Positions 18,813-26,959 of a stretch of DNA of 64,000 nt are shown piece after piece. Made by a program: the position numbers and the translations under genes. A model generated the notes under the pieces. It saw only the letters and a list, made by a program, of their open reading frames with translations, had not been told where the DNA came from and did not search any database. Source of the DNA: Longimicrobiales bacterium (lineage in GTDB: Bacteria > Gemmatimonadota > Gemmatimonadetes > Longimicrobiales > Gaopeijiaceae); NCBI GenBank assembly GCA_965204735.1, contig OZ242008.1, positions 2,368,001 to 2,432,000 of the forward strand, in the 5' to 3' direction. Within the stretch, counting starts at the first letter, position 1. Every line of letters begins with the position of its first letter.

Positions 18813-21800
18813 CTAGAACGTGACGCGGGTGGTGAACATGAACCGACGCGGAATCGGGATCCCCCAGCCTTCCGTCGAGTCCAGGAAGTTGCAGTTCAAA
18901 CCCGAGTTGCACCGTCCCAGCACGTTCCCTTCGGGGTCCATGCCGGTATAGTCGCCCAACATGAAGAGCCGCAGGTTGCGGGCGCCCAGGTTGACCGTGG
19001 CCGTGGACAGGCCCCACCCCTCGACGATATCCGAAGGCAGTCGGTAGGTCAGGGAGAGTTCCCGCCACTGAATCCAGCTGGCGTCGTAGACCCCGTTCAT
19101 GCCGCTCATGGGCGAGAGTCCTTCGATCTCGTGCGCCCAAGCGATCGCGGCGTCGAGGCGCTGTTCGGCGGACGAAGCCGGGTTGAGCATGATCGCGTAC
19201 AGCTCGGCCGAGCGCGGCGTGTTGCGCCCGATGAAGTTGTTGGCCCGGCGGAACATGCCCGACAGGTCCTGCACTTGGTGGCCGATCTTGTACTCCATCA
19301 TCGAGCTCAGCTCGAAGTTGTCCAGGAAGGACATGTTGAAGCCGAAGGACCCCGCGTAGTCGGGAGTGGGCTTGCCCAGGTAGCTTTCCAGCAGGCCGGC
19401 GCCGCAGTTGTTGGACGCGTAGCCGCCGTTCGGCGTGCCGAAGTCCGAGTTGCCGATGGCGATGGGCTTGAAGCTGTTCGGGTTCCGCGGCTGGCTGAAG
19501 TACTCCAGGGCCTCCGCGCGAGTGGGCACCCTGCACTCTCCTCCTTGGGGAGCGAGGATGTTCAGCGGGATCTCCACGTCGGCGATCTTGGCGCCGAAGA
19601 ACGCGCCCGGCGTGTAGCCGCTCGTGAGGAAGTTGCGGTAGCGCGGGTACGAGCCCCCCGTCTTCAGGGGCGGAGCGCCGCCCAGGTCCGTGATCTCTTC
19701 GGTCAGCGTCGCCGTGTTGGCAAAGACGTTGAGGGACAGGGAGCGGTTCTGGACCACCGACCCGCGAACCGCGAGTTCGAGCCCAGAGCCGACCAACTCG
19801 CCGATGTTGTCGAGCTGGGTGCGCGTGAAGCCTCCGGTCACCGGGAACTGACGGGCCACCATCGCGTCGGACACCGTTCGGTTCCAATAGGTCGCGTCCA
19901 GCGACCAGCGGTCGTCGAGGAAGCCCATCTCGGCGCCGACCTCCCACTCGGTCGACACTTCGGGCCGCAAGGCGCTGTTGCCCAGGTTGCTGGGCTGCAC
20001 CCCTGCGCCCGCCTCGGAGCCGAGCGAGGAGAAGGTCGTGAACTTGTCGAAGGCGCCCGGCTGCAGGCCGGACCGTCCCCATGCACTCCTGATCCGCAGG
20101 GTCGACAGAACGTCGCCGCCGAAGGCGTCGAAGTACTGGCTGGGGACCACCGACAGGGACGCCTTGGGGTAGAACGCCGTCTCGAACTCCTCGCCGAAGG
20201 CGGAGTTCGCGTCCCAGCGACCGCCGAAGGTCAGGAATACCCAGTCGTCCAAGCCGACCTGGTCCTGCACGTATCCGCCGATCTGAGTCACCCGCAGCCA
20301 AGTTTCGTAGGAGCCCTCGGAACCCAGAGCCGACAAGGTCTCGAGGCCGGGGCCCGGGAAGTCGCGACCGCTTCCGCCCGCCGACTGCCTCTGACGGAGG
20401 AAGCCCTGCGTCCCAAAGAGCAGGGTGTTCTCGATTCGGTCCGTGTTGAAGACGTACGAGCCCTTCAGGTCGGCCGTGATCTCTCGGCTGCGGTCCTCGT
20501 TGACGCTGCGGGAGCCGTCGGGCGTCGAGCCCGAGTAGTTGTCCACGTTCCACCGATAAGGGCGGAAGCTGACCGCGTCGTCGGAGGTGAAGTCGACGCC
20601 GAAGGTGCCGTCGAGGCGGAAGGCCTCCATCGGCGTGTAGGAGATCGTGGTCGTTCCGGCGAAGTGCTGCGAGTTCACGAAGTTGAGCTGGTACATGTTC
20701 TCGCGAAGGGTCGCAAAGGCCGGCTGTCCGTACTTGTTGACCCGGTTGTTCGCGTCCGGCACTTCGTGGGCAAGGCGCAGCTGGGACATCAGCGCGGAGG
20801 AGAACACGCCGTAGATGTTGTTGGAGTTGTCCGGCGTGTGGTGCTCCATGTCCGAATAGAGCATCGTCACGCCTATCCGCACGTTGCTGTTGGGAACGAT
20901 CGTGAAGTTCGTGTTGATCGACGCGCGCCGGTTGGTGTCGGTCTCGGGCTCGACCCCTTCGACCACTTCAAAGTTCTGTGCCGCGTCGTAGGGACCGTCC
21001 TCCATCGCCAGCCGAGCCGACACGAAGTAGGTGAAGCCCTCGGAGCCGCCGTTGACGGAGCCCGAGTACGTCTGGCCGAAGCCTGTCGTCAGGAGCTCCG
21101 GGATGATGTCGCGCTCGATGGGCTCGAAAGCGCTGACCGAGCCTCCCCAGCGCGTCTGCATGCGCGCGATCGCATCCGAAAGCCGCCCAGCGTCGCCGTC
21201 GCCGGTGCAGCCCGGAGTCCGGCAAACGCGACCTGCGAAGTCGGCAACCGGCAAGATGCGGTTGGTAGGCACCGAGATACCGGTCCAGTCGCCCTGAAGG
21301 GTGAACTTGGGCGCGCCGGCCGTCCCCCGCTTGGTGAAGATCTGGATGACGCCGTTGGACGCCTCGGTGCCGTACAGCGTCGCCGCCGCGGCGCCCTTGA
21401 GGATCTCGATGCTTTCGATCGATTCGGGCGGGATGTCGTCGAGGCGGGAAGGGTTGCCCTGGCCGTTGAAGTTCTGGACGGCCGAGCGGTCCACGCGGAT
21501 GCCGTCGACGTAGATGATCGGCTCGTTGACCTGGGAGAGCGAGGCGCTGCCCCGGATGCGGATGCGGGCGCCTTCGCCTGTGTAGCCCGACGACGGCAGG
21601 GCGACCACGCCGGCCTCGCGACCCGCGATCAGCTGGCTGAAGTCGGAGACCGGCGCGTTCTCCACGGTGGCTACGTCGATCGTGGCGATCGTGTTGCCCA
21701 GCTTCCGCTTCTCCGTGGCCACGCCGGCCCCGGTCACGACGATCTGGTCTAGGGCGATGGCGGTGACCGCGAGCTCGAAGTTCGCGGTCACGGTCGCGCC

Positions 21801-22109
21801 GGCTCCGACGGTGATCGTCTGGGAACCTTCGCGGTACCCGACCAGCTGAACCGTCAGGGCGTGCTCGCCCACAGGCGCGTTCACCAGGACGAAGCGTCCG
21901 CTGCTGTTGGTCAGGGTGCCGGCGCCGGTCCCCTCGATGAAGACCTGGGCCGACTCGAGCGGCCGCGAGGACCCGGATTCCGTCACCGTCCCGATGACGG
22001 TTCCGGTCTGGGCCTGGGCGGCTGGTGCGAGGGCGAGGGCGGCAACGAGCGCCGCTCCGAACCCTCGGCCCCATGTTCTGGGGGCTGCTTCCGACAAGCT
22101 ACGTGTCAT
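18813..22109 (-). CDS. SusC/RagA-family TonB-dependent transporter
   Basis: Signal peptide, carboxypeptidase-regulatory-like N domain, IRIRGSAS, plug IESIEILKGAAAATLYGTEASNGVIQIFTKRG, terminal Phe. Confidence 0.93.
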   Translation of the reverse strand: MTRSLSEAAPRTWGRGFGAALVAALALAPAAQAQTGTVIGTVTESGSSRPLESAQVFIEGTGAGTLTNSSGRFVLVNAPVGEHALTVQLVGYREGSQTITVGAGATVTANFELAVTAIALDQIVVTGAGVATEKRKLGNTIATIDVATVENAPVSDFSQLIAGREAGVVALPSSGYTGEGARIRIRGSASLSQVNEPIIYVDGIRVDRSAVQNFNGQGNPSRLDDIPPESIESIEILKGAAAATLYGTEASNGVIQIFTKRGTAGAPKFTLQGDWTGISVPTNRILPVADFAGRVCRTPGCTGDGDAGRLSDAIARMQTRWGGSVSAFEPIERDIIPELLTTGFGQTYSGSVNGGSEGFTYFVSARLAMEDGPYDAAQNFEVVEGVEPETDTNRRASINTNFTIVPNSNVRIGVTMLYSDMEHHTPDNSNNIYGVFSSALMSQLRLAHEVPDANNRVNKYGQPAFATLRENMYQLNFVNSQHFAGTTTISYTPMEAFRLDGTFGVDFTSDDAVSFRPYRWNVDNYSGSTPDGSRSVNEDRSREITADLKGSYVFNTDRIENTLLFGTQGFLRQRQSAGGSGRDFPGPGLETLSALGSEGSYETWLRVTQIGGYVQDQVGLDDWVFLTFGGRWDANSAFGEEFETAFYPKASLSVVPSQYFDAFGGDVLSTLRIRSAWGRSGLQPGAFDKFTTFSSLGSEAGAGVQPSNLGNSALRPEVSTEWEVGAEMGFLDDRWSLDATYWNRTVSDAMVARQFPVTGGFTRTQLDNIGELVGSGLELAVRGSVVQNRSLSLNVFANTATLTEEITDLGGAPPLKTGGSYPRYRNFLTSGYTPGAFFGAKIADVEIPLNILAPQGGECRVPTRAEALEYFSQPRNPNSFKPIAIGNSDFGTPNGGYASNNCGAGLLESYLGKPTPDYAGSFGFNMSFLDNFELSSMMEYKIGHQVQDLSGMFRRANNFIGRNTPRSAELYAIMLNPASSAEQRLDAAIAWAHEIEGLSPMSGMNGVYDASWIQWRELSLTYRLPSDIVEGWGLSTATVNLGARNLRLFMLGDYTGMDPEGNVLGRCNSGLNCNFLDSTEGWGIPIPRRFMFTTRVTF

Positions 22110-22227
22110 TGAGTGGTCCTTTCGGGTGAAGTGGTGACACGGCTGAGCGACATTGTATAGATAGATAGGGTTGCGCCCCGGTGGGCTCGTGTCAAGCACT
22201 GTGCGCCGGGCGGGCGCGAAGCGCCGG

Positions 22228-22614
22228 TCAAGCCACCCGCGCCACGACCTCGATCTCCACGTCCACGTTCTTGGGAAGCCCCGCCACGGCCACGGTGGCC
22301 CGGGCCGGCCGGTGGTCGCCGAACCGGCTGGCGTACACGGCGTTCATCTCGGCGAAGAGGGCCATGTCGGAGAGGAAGACGGTGGTCTTGACGACGGTGT
22401 CCATGCTGCCGCCGGCGGCCGTCAGCACGGCGGACAGGTTCTGGAGCACTTGGTCGGTCTGGACGCCCACGTCTCCCTGGACGACTTCGCCGGTCTCGGG
22501 GTCCAGGGGAATCTGCCCGGACGCGAATATCCATCCGTCGGTCACGACGGCCTGGGAGTAGGGACCGATGGCGCCGGGGGCGTCGTCGGTGCTCGCGGTG
22601 TCGATCTGCGGCAT
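22228..22614 (-). CDS. RidA/YjgF family enamine/imine deaminase
   Basis: APGAIGPYSQA, SGQIPLDP, VVKTTVFL, RPARATVAVAGLP, VEIE. Confidence 0.93.
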   Translation of the reverse strand: MPQIDTASTDDAPGAIGPYSQAVVTDGWIFASGQIPLDPETGEVVQGDVGVQTDQVLQNLSAVLTAAGGSMDTVVKTTVFLSDMALFAEMNAVYASRFGDHRPARATVAVAGLPKNVDVEIEVVARVA

Positions 22615-22709
22615 GGGCCATGCCTCCATGGTTCTGGTCTGAGTGTGCAGGTAGGCGGGGACCCCGCCGCGGAGGAATCTCCGGATTCGTTCGATCCGGC
22701 CCGCGCGGC

Positions 22710-24395
22710 CTAGCCGCCACCTTCGGGGGTCTGGGCGTCCTCGCCTTCCGAGGGCTGGTCGTCTTCGTCGTACCCTTCCGACCCATAGGATCCCTCCGGC
22801 TCCTTCACAACCGCAGGAGCGGAGGCGGCCGGGACAGCCCGAAACCCGTGGATCGCCGTTAGTATGTCGGACTTCGTGGTCCGCATTTCCTCCCGGAACT
22901 CCACGCGGAACGCATCGACCTGCGCCTGAACCGCTCGGTTGTCGTCCCGTGCCTCGGTTCTGACTGCTTCGATCTTGTCCAGAAGCGCCCGGTGGCTCTC
23001 TTCGCCTGCCAGCCGCACGGACTCGATCTTGTCGACAAGCGTCCGGTGGCTCTCCTCGCCCGCCGTCCGCACGGAGTCGATCTTCTCCAGGAGGGTCCGG
23101 TGGCTCTCCTCGCCCGCCGCCCGCACGGACTCGATATGCGCCATCAGCGCTCGATGGCCCTCTTGCGCCTCCGCTCGGGCCGCCTGCACTTCGGCTCGGA
23201 CCCTCTCGCTCGCCGCCTGCGCCTCCGCTCGGGCCGCTTGCACCTCGGCACGGGCCTCCTCCCTCGCCGCCTGCACTTCGGCGCGGACTCGCTCGCTCGC
23301 CGCCTGCGCCTCCTCCCTGGTCGCTTGCGCGTCTGCGCGGGCCTCCTCCCTGGCCGTCTGCGCCTCGGCTCGGGCCTTCTCGGCCGCCGCCTGCGCCTCC
23401 GCTCGGGCCTTCTCGGTCGCCGCCTGCACTTCGGCTCGGACTCGCTCGCTCGCCGCCTGCGCCTCCTCCCTGGTCGCCTGCGCGTCTGCGCGGGCTTCCT
23501 CCCTGGCCGTCTGCGCCTCGGCTCGGGCCTTCTCGGTCGCCGCCTGCAACTCGGCTCGGACCCTCTCGGCCGCCGCCTGCACTTCGGCGCGGACCCTCTC
23601 GGTCGCCGCCTGCGCCTCCTCCCTGGTCGCCTGCGCGTCTGCGCGGGCTTCCTCCCTGGCCGTCTGCGCCTCGGCTCGGGCCTCCTCCCTGGCCGCCTGC
23701 GCCTCGGCTCGGGCCTTCTCGGTCGCCGCCTGCAACTCGGCTCGGACTCGCTCGCTCGTCGCCTGCAACTCGGCTCGGATCCTCTCGCTCGCCGCCTGCG
23801 TCTCCGCTCGGGCCGCCTCCGCGTCCGCCCGGGCCTCCTCCCTCGCCGCCTGCGTCTCCGCTCGGGCCGCCTCCGCGTCCGCCCGGGCCTCCTCCCTGGC
23901 CGCCTGCGTCTCCGCTCGGGCCGCCTCCGCGCCCGCCCGGGCCTCCTCCCTGGCCGCCTGCGCGTCTGCGCGGGCTTCCTCCCTCGCCGCCTGCACCTCG
24001 GCTCGGGCCTTTTCGGTCGCCGCTTGCGCCTCCGCATGGGCCGCCCGCGCCTCGGCATAGGCCCTTTCGGTTGCCGCCTGCGCTTCCGCTCTCGCCGCTT
24101 GCGCGTCCGCCCGGGCTTCCTCCCGCGTCGCCTGCGAGTCCGCGTGAGCCTCTTGTCGCGCGGCCTGCACCTCGGCCCGGGCTTCGGCTCTCGCCTCCTG
24201 GATCTCGTCGGTCAGCCTCGACCCCAGGTGGTCTATCCGCTCCCTGACGGCATCGACAGCCGACCTGACGTGGTCGATCTGGCTCTCGCGGAGCCTTACG
24301 AGCTCCCTCCTCCCGCCGACGACGGCCACCATCACGCCGGCCCCGCTGGCCAACGCGCCCATGCAGGTCGCGATGGCGATCACCATGTTCCACAT
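22710..24395 (-). CDS. Membrane-anchored Ala/Glu/Arg-rich coiled-coil protein with 11-mer and 18-mer repeats
   Basis: GGAGG before ATG; N-terminal hydrophobic helix; about 31 units like AREEARADAQA/ATEKARAEAQA/ASERVRAEVQA; acidic tail. Confidence 0.8.
   Translation of the reverse strand: MWNMVIAIATCMGALASGAGVMVAVVGGRRELVRLRESQIDHVRSAVDAVRERIDHLGSRLTDEIQEARAEARAEVQAARQEAHADSQATREEARADAQAARAEAQAATERAYAEARAAHAEAQAATEKARAEVQAAREEARADAQAAREEARAGAEAARAETQAAREEARADAEAARAETQAAREEARADAEAARAETQAASERIRAELQATSERVRAELQAATEKARAEAQAAREEARAEAQTAREEARADAQATREEAQAATERVRAEVQAAAERVRAELQAATEKARAEAQTAREEARADAQATREEAQAASERVRAEVQAATEKARAEAQAAAEKARAEAQTAREEARADAQATREEAQAASERVRAEVQAAREEARAEVQAARAEAQAASERVRAEVQAARAEAQEGHRALMAHIESVRAAGEESHRTLLEKIDSVRTAGEESHRTLVDKIESVRLAGEESHRALLDKIEAVRTEARDDNRAVQAQVDAFRVEFREEMRTTKSDILTAIHGFRAVPAASAPAVVKEPEGSYGSEGYDEDDQPSEGEDAQTPEGGG
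22950..24200. repeat. 33-bp tandem repeat array (~23160..24200) plus 54-bp repeats (~22950..23165)
   Basis: Recurrent GCCTCCTCCCTGGCCGCCTGCGC-type units; ESHRTLLEKIDSVRTAGE-type 18-mers x4. Confidence 0.88.
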
Positions 24396-24509
24396 GGCTT
24401 CCTCCCGTGAGCGTTGGGTACAATGTCGTGAGGAAGGGACCGGTCTGCCAGTCCCCGGGGACGAAGTTTGAGGCCAAGGCCCGACGCCTGGAAGCCGGGT
24501 GGGCGTCTG

Positions 24510-25505
24510 TCAGCCGGAAGTTCTCCCCCGAGCCTCCCGAAGCGACATCCGGATCTCCTCCGGCGCGACCGTGGCCACCCCTGTCCGGGCCAGTCCCACG
24601 GCGGCGGCGTGACCGGCCCAGCGGATCGATTCGGCCATTGCGGCGCCCGCAGCCAAGGAGACGGCCACGACGGCGGACACGGTGTCGCCGGCGCCCGAGA
24701 CGTCGTACACGGAGCGAGCCTGGACCCGCACTCGGTCCAGCACTCCGCCTGGAGAGGCGAGGGCCATCCCGCCGGACCCCAGCGTCAGAAGCAGGTGGTC
24801 GCAGCCGATGCGGCGGCGGGCGGCGTCCATCCATTCGGCGTCGCCGGGGCGGGCCGCTTCGCCCAGGGCCGTCTCCAGCTCGCTCCGGTTGGGCTTGAAG
24901 ACGGCGACGCCCCGGTAGGCGAAGAAGTTGCGCCGCTTCGGGTCGACCACGACGGAGACGCCCACCTCCGAGGCCGCTTCCACCGCCGTGCCCGCGACCG
25001 GGTCGGCGAGCGTCCCCTTGTCGTAGTCCGCCAGGACGAGGACCTGGGCGCCCGCGAGCCGCTCTCGAAGGCGCTCCAGCAGCTCTTGGCCCACCGCCGG
25101 CGCGTGCGACTCGTCCTCCTCCCGGTCCACGCGCACCACCTGCTGGCCCTGGGCCAGGACCCGGGTCTTGACCGTGGTGGAGCGGCCCGGCGCGTGCACG
25201 AAGTCGCAGCGGGCGCCCGCGGCTTCCAGGGCGCGTCGGATCGACAGGCCCGCCTGATCGTCGCCCACGACGCCGACCAGGTCGCACTCGGCGCCCAGCG
25301 CGCGGACGTTGGCGGCCACGTTCCCTGCGCCGCCCACCGCGTCCCACTCGCCTTCCACCTTGACCACGGGGACGGGAGCTTCGGGCGACACCCGGTGGGC
25401 CCGGCCCTCCACGTAGCGGTCCAGCATGACGTCGCCCAGCACGACGGCGCGGCAGTCGGGGAAGCGGGCGGCGACTTCCGCGAAGCGCGAGGGGGGGTCG
25501 GTCAA
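24510..25505 (-). CDS. rfaE1: D-glycero-D-manno-heptose-7-phosphate kinase (stand-alone RfaE/HldE domain I, PfkB family)
   Basis: VLGDVMLDRY..RVSPEAPVPVV, GGAGNVAAN, KTRV, DYDKG, KPNRSE, DVSGAGDTV; TTG start overlapping upstream stop. Confidence 0.9.
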   Translation of the reverse strand: MTDPPSRFAEVAARFPDCRAVVLGDVMLDRYVEGRAHRVSPEAPVPVVKVEGEWDAVGGAGNVAANVRALGAECDLVGVVGDDQAGLSIRRALEAAGARCDFVHAPGRSTTVKTRVLAQGQQVVRVDREEDESHAPAVGQELLERLRERLAGAQVLVLADYDKGTLADPVAGTAVEAASEVGVSVVVDPKRRNFFAYRGVAVFKPNRSELETALGEAARPGDAEWMDAARRRIGCDHLLLTLGSGGMALASPGGVLDRVRVQARSVYDVSGAGDTVSAVVAVSLAAGAAMAESIRWAGHAAAVGLARTGVATVAPEEIRMSLREARGRTSG

Positions 25506-26740
25506 GAGGGCGCCCCCGCCTCCCACTCCGTCAGCTCCAAGATCGAGGTGCGCACGCGCCCGTCTTCCTCCAAGCTGGTCCAGGCGAGCATGAGGCGGTC
25601 CGGACCCAGGCGGGCGATGCGCGGAAAGCCCGACGCCCGCGCCGCGTCGGAGGCGGCCAAGCGCCGAAGGGGACCCTTGGCGCCGTCGGGAGCGACGCGG
25701 CGGCTTGCGATCGACACGCCGTCGGCGCCCCGCTCCAGCCAAGTCGCCAGGGCGGCGCCGTCGTCCAGCAGGACCACGTCCACTCGGCCCAGGGGACGGC
25801 CGCCGTCCAGCCGCGCCGGAGGGTCGAAGGTGGCACCGGCGTCGCCGGAGAAGGCCACGTTGACCTGGCCGTCGTCGTCGGGCGCCGTGAACCACGCCAC
25901 CGCTACCCAGCGTCCCCGGGCCGCCAGCGCAGGGCCGTTCACCGGGCAGCCCCCGATCGCCCAGCCGTCGTCGTGGACGGGAGTTCCTTCCGTCCAGCCC
26001 CCCTCCAGGAGCCGGGTCACGTGGATGTTGCGCACCTCCCCTTCGCCTCGGTCGCGGTAGGCCACGACCGGCACGCCGTCCGCCAGCACGGCGTCGGTCT
26101 GGCAGCACTCGCAGATGCGGGCGTCCAGCACGGCTTCCGGGCCGGGCCGACCGCCCCAGGGAAGCCGCCTGGCCCGCAACGACATTGGGCCGCCCTCTTC
26201 GACCATGGCGCGGCCGTCGAGCCACACCGCCCAGGGACCGTCCTCCGTCGCAAAGAACGAGACGAAGCCGTGCTCGGTGGGGGTTCCGTCGTCGTGGGGA
26301 GTCCAGGGCTCGGACCATGTCGCCCCGCCGTCCCCCGACCACGCGATGCGCACGCCGTAGTCGTAGGTCCCCCCACCGCCGCCGCGCTGAAGCCAGTGGG
26401 CCACCAGACGCCCGCCGACGGGCTGGATCGACGGGAAGTCGGCCCAGTTGACGAAGAAGTCGTCGCCCTCGGCCACGGTCTTCGCCGGACCCCAACCGTC
26501 TTCGTAGTAGGCGGCGGCGACCCGATGGCCGCCCGGAGCAGATTCGATCCAGCTCATCCACACGCCGTCGCCGGCGGACGCCAGGAAGGGCTGGCCGCTG
26601 CCCGGTCCGGCGGGGGAAGGAACGCCTCCGGGCAAGGACGTGGCTTCGTCCTGGGCGCAGGCTGCTGATCCAAGGGCCAGCAGGGCCGTCAGCCCGGCGA
26701 CCCGCAGGAGGGCTGCCGGCGGCATCGTCGGCGCAGTCAT
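25502..26740 (-). CDS. BNR/sialidase-like beta-propeller lipoprotein
   Basis: Lipobox SAAC, FFVNWADFPS, SGDGGATW, TEHGFVS, ICECCQT, GCPVNGP; GGAG RBS. Confidence 0.85.
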   Translation of the reverse strand: MTAPTMPPAALLRVAGLTALLALGSAACAQDEATSLPGGVPSPAGPGSGQPFLASAGDGVWMSWIESAPGGHRVAAAYYEDGWGPAKTVAEGDDFFVNWADFPSIQPVGGRLVAHWLQRGGGGGTYDYGVRIAWSGDGGATWSEPWTPHDDGTPTEHGFVSFFATEDGPWAVWLDGRAMVEEGGPMSLRARRLPWGGRPGPEAVLDARICECCQTDAVLADGVPVVAYRDRGEGEVRNIHVTRLLEGGWTEGTPVHDDGWAIGGCPVNGPALAARGRWVAVAWFTAPDDDGQVNVAFSGDAGATFDPPARLDGGRPLGRVDVVLLDDGAALATWLERGADGVSIASRRVAPDGAKGPLRRLAASDAARASGFPRIARLGPDRLMLAWTSLEEDGRVRTSILELTEWEAGAPS

Positions 26741-26959
26741 GGCGTACTCCATAAGCAGTGCGTGGCGGAGCTCCCCGCTCCCCGGCGGGGCGGCGAAAAA
26801 GGTGCGGCGAGACGGTGCGGAACACGACGCGCGCCTGGCCCGAAGGGGCGGCGTCACTTGGCGCAGGGAACGCGGCCCGGTATGGTAAGTGGAACCTTGC
26901 GCCCCACGTAGGGTAATGGAGTGGTGCACATCGCGACCACCAAGGGTAAGGAAGGCCTC

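Noticed and set aside
22152..22195. Perfect TTGACA and TACAAT as one sigma70 promoter for susC
   Set aside because: Spacer is 32 bp, too long for a single promoter
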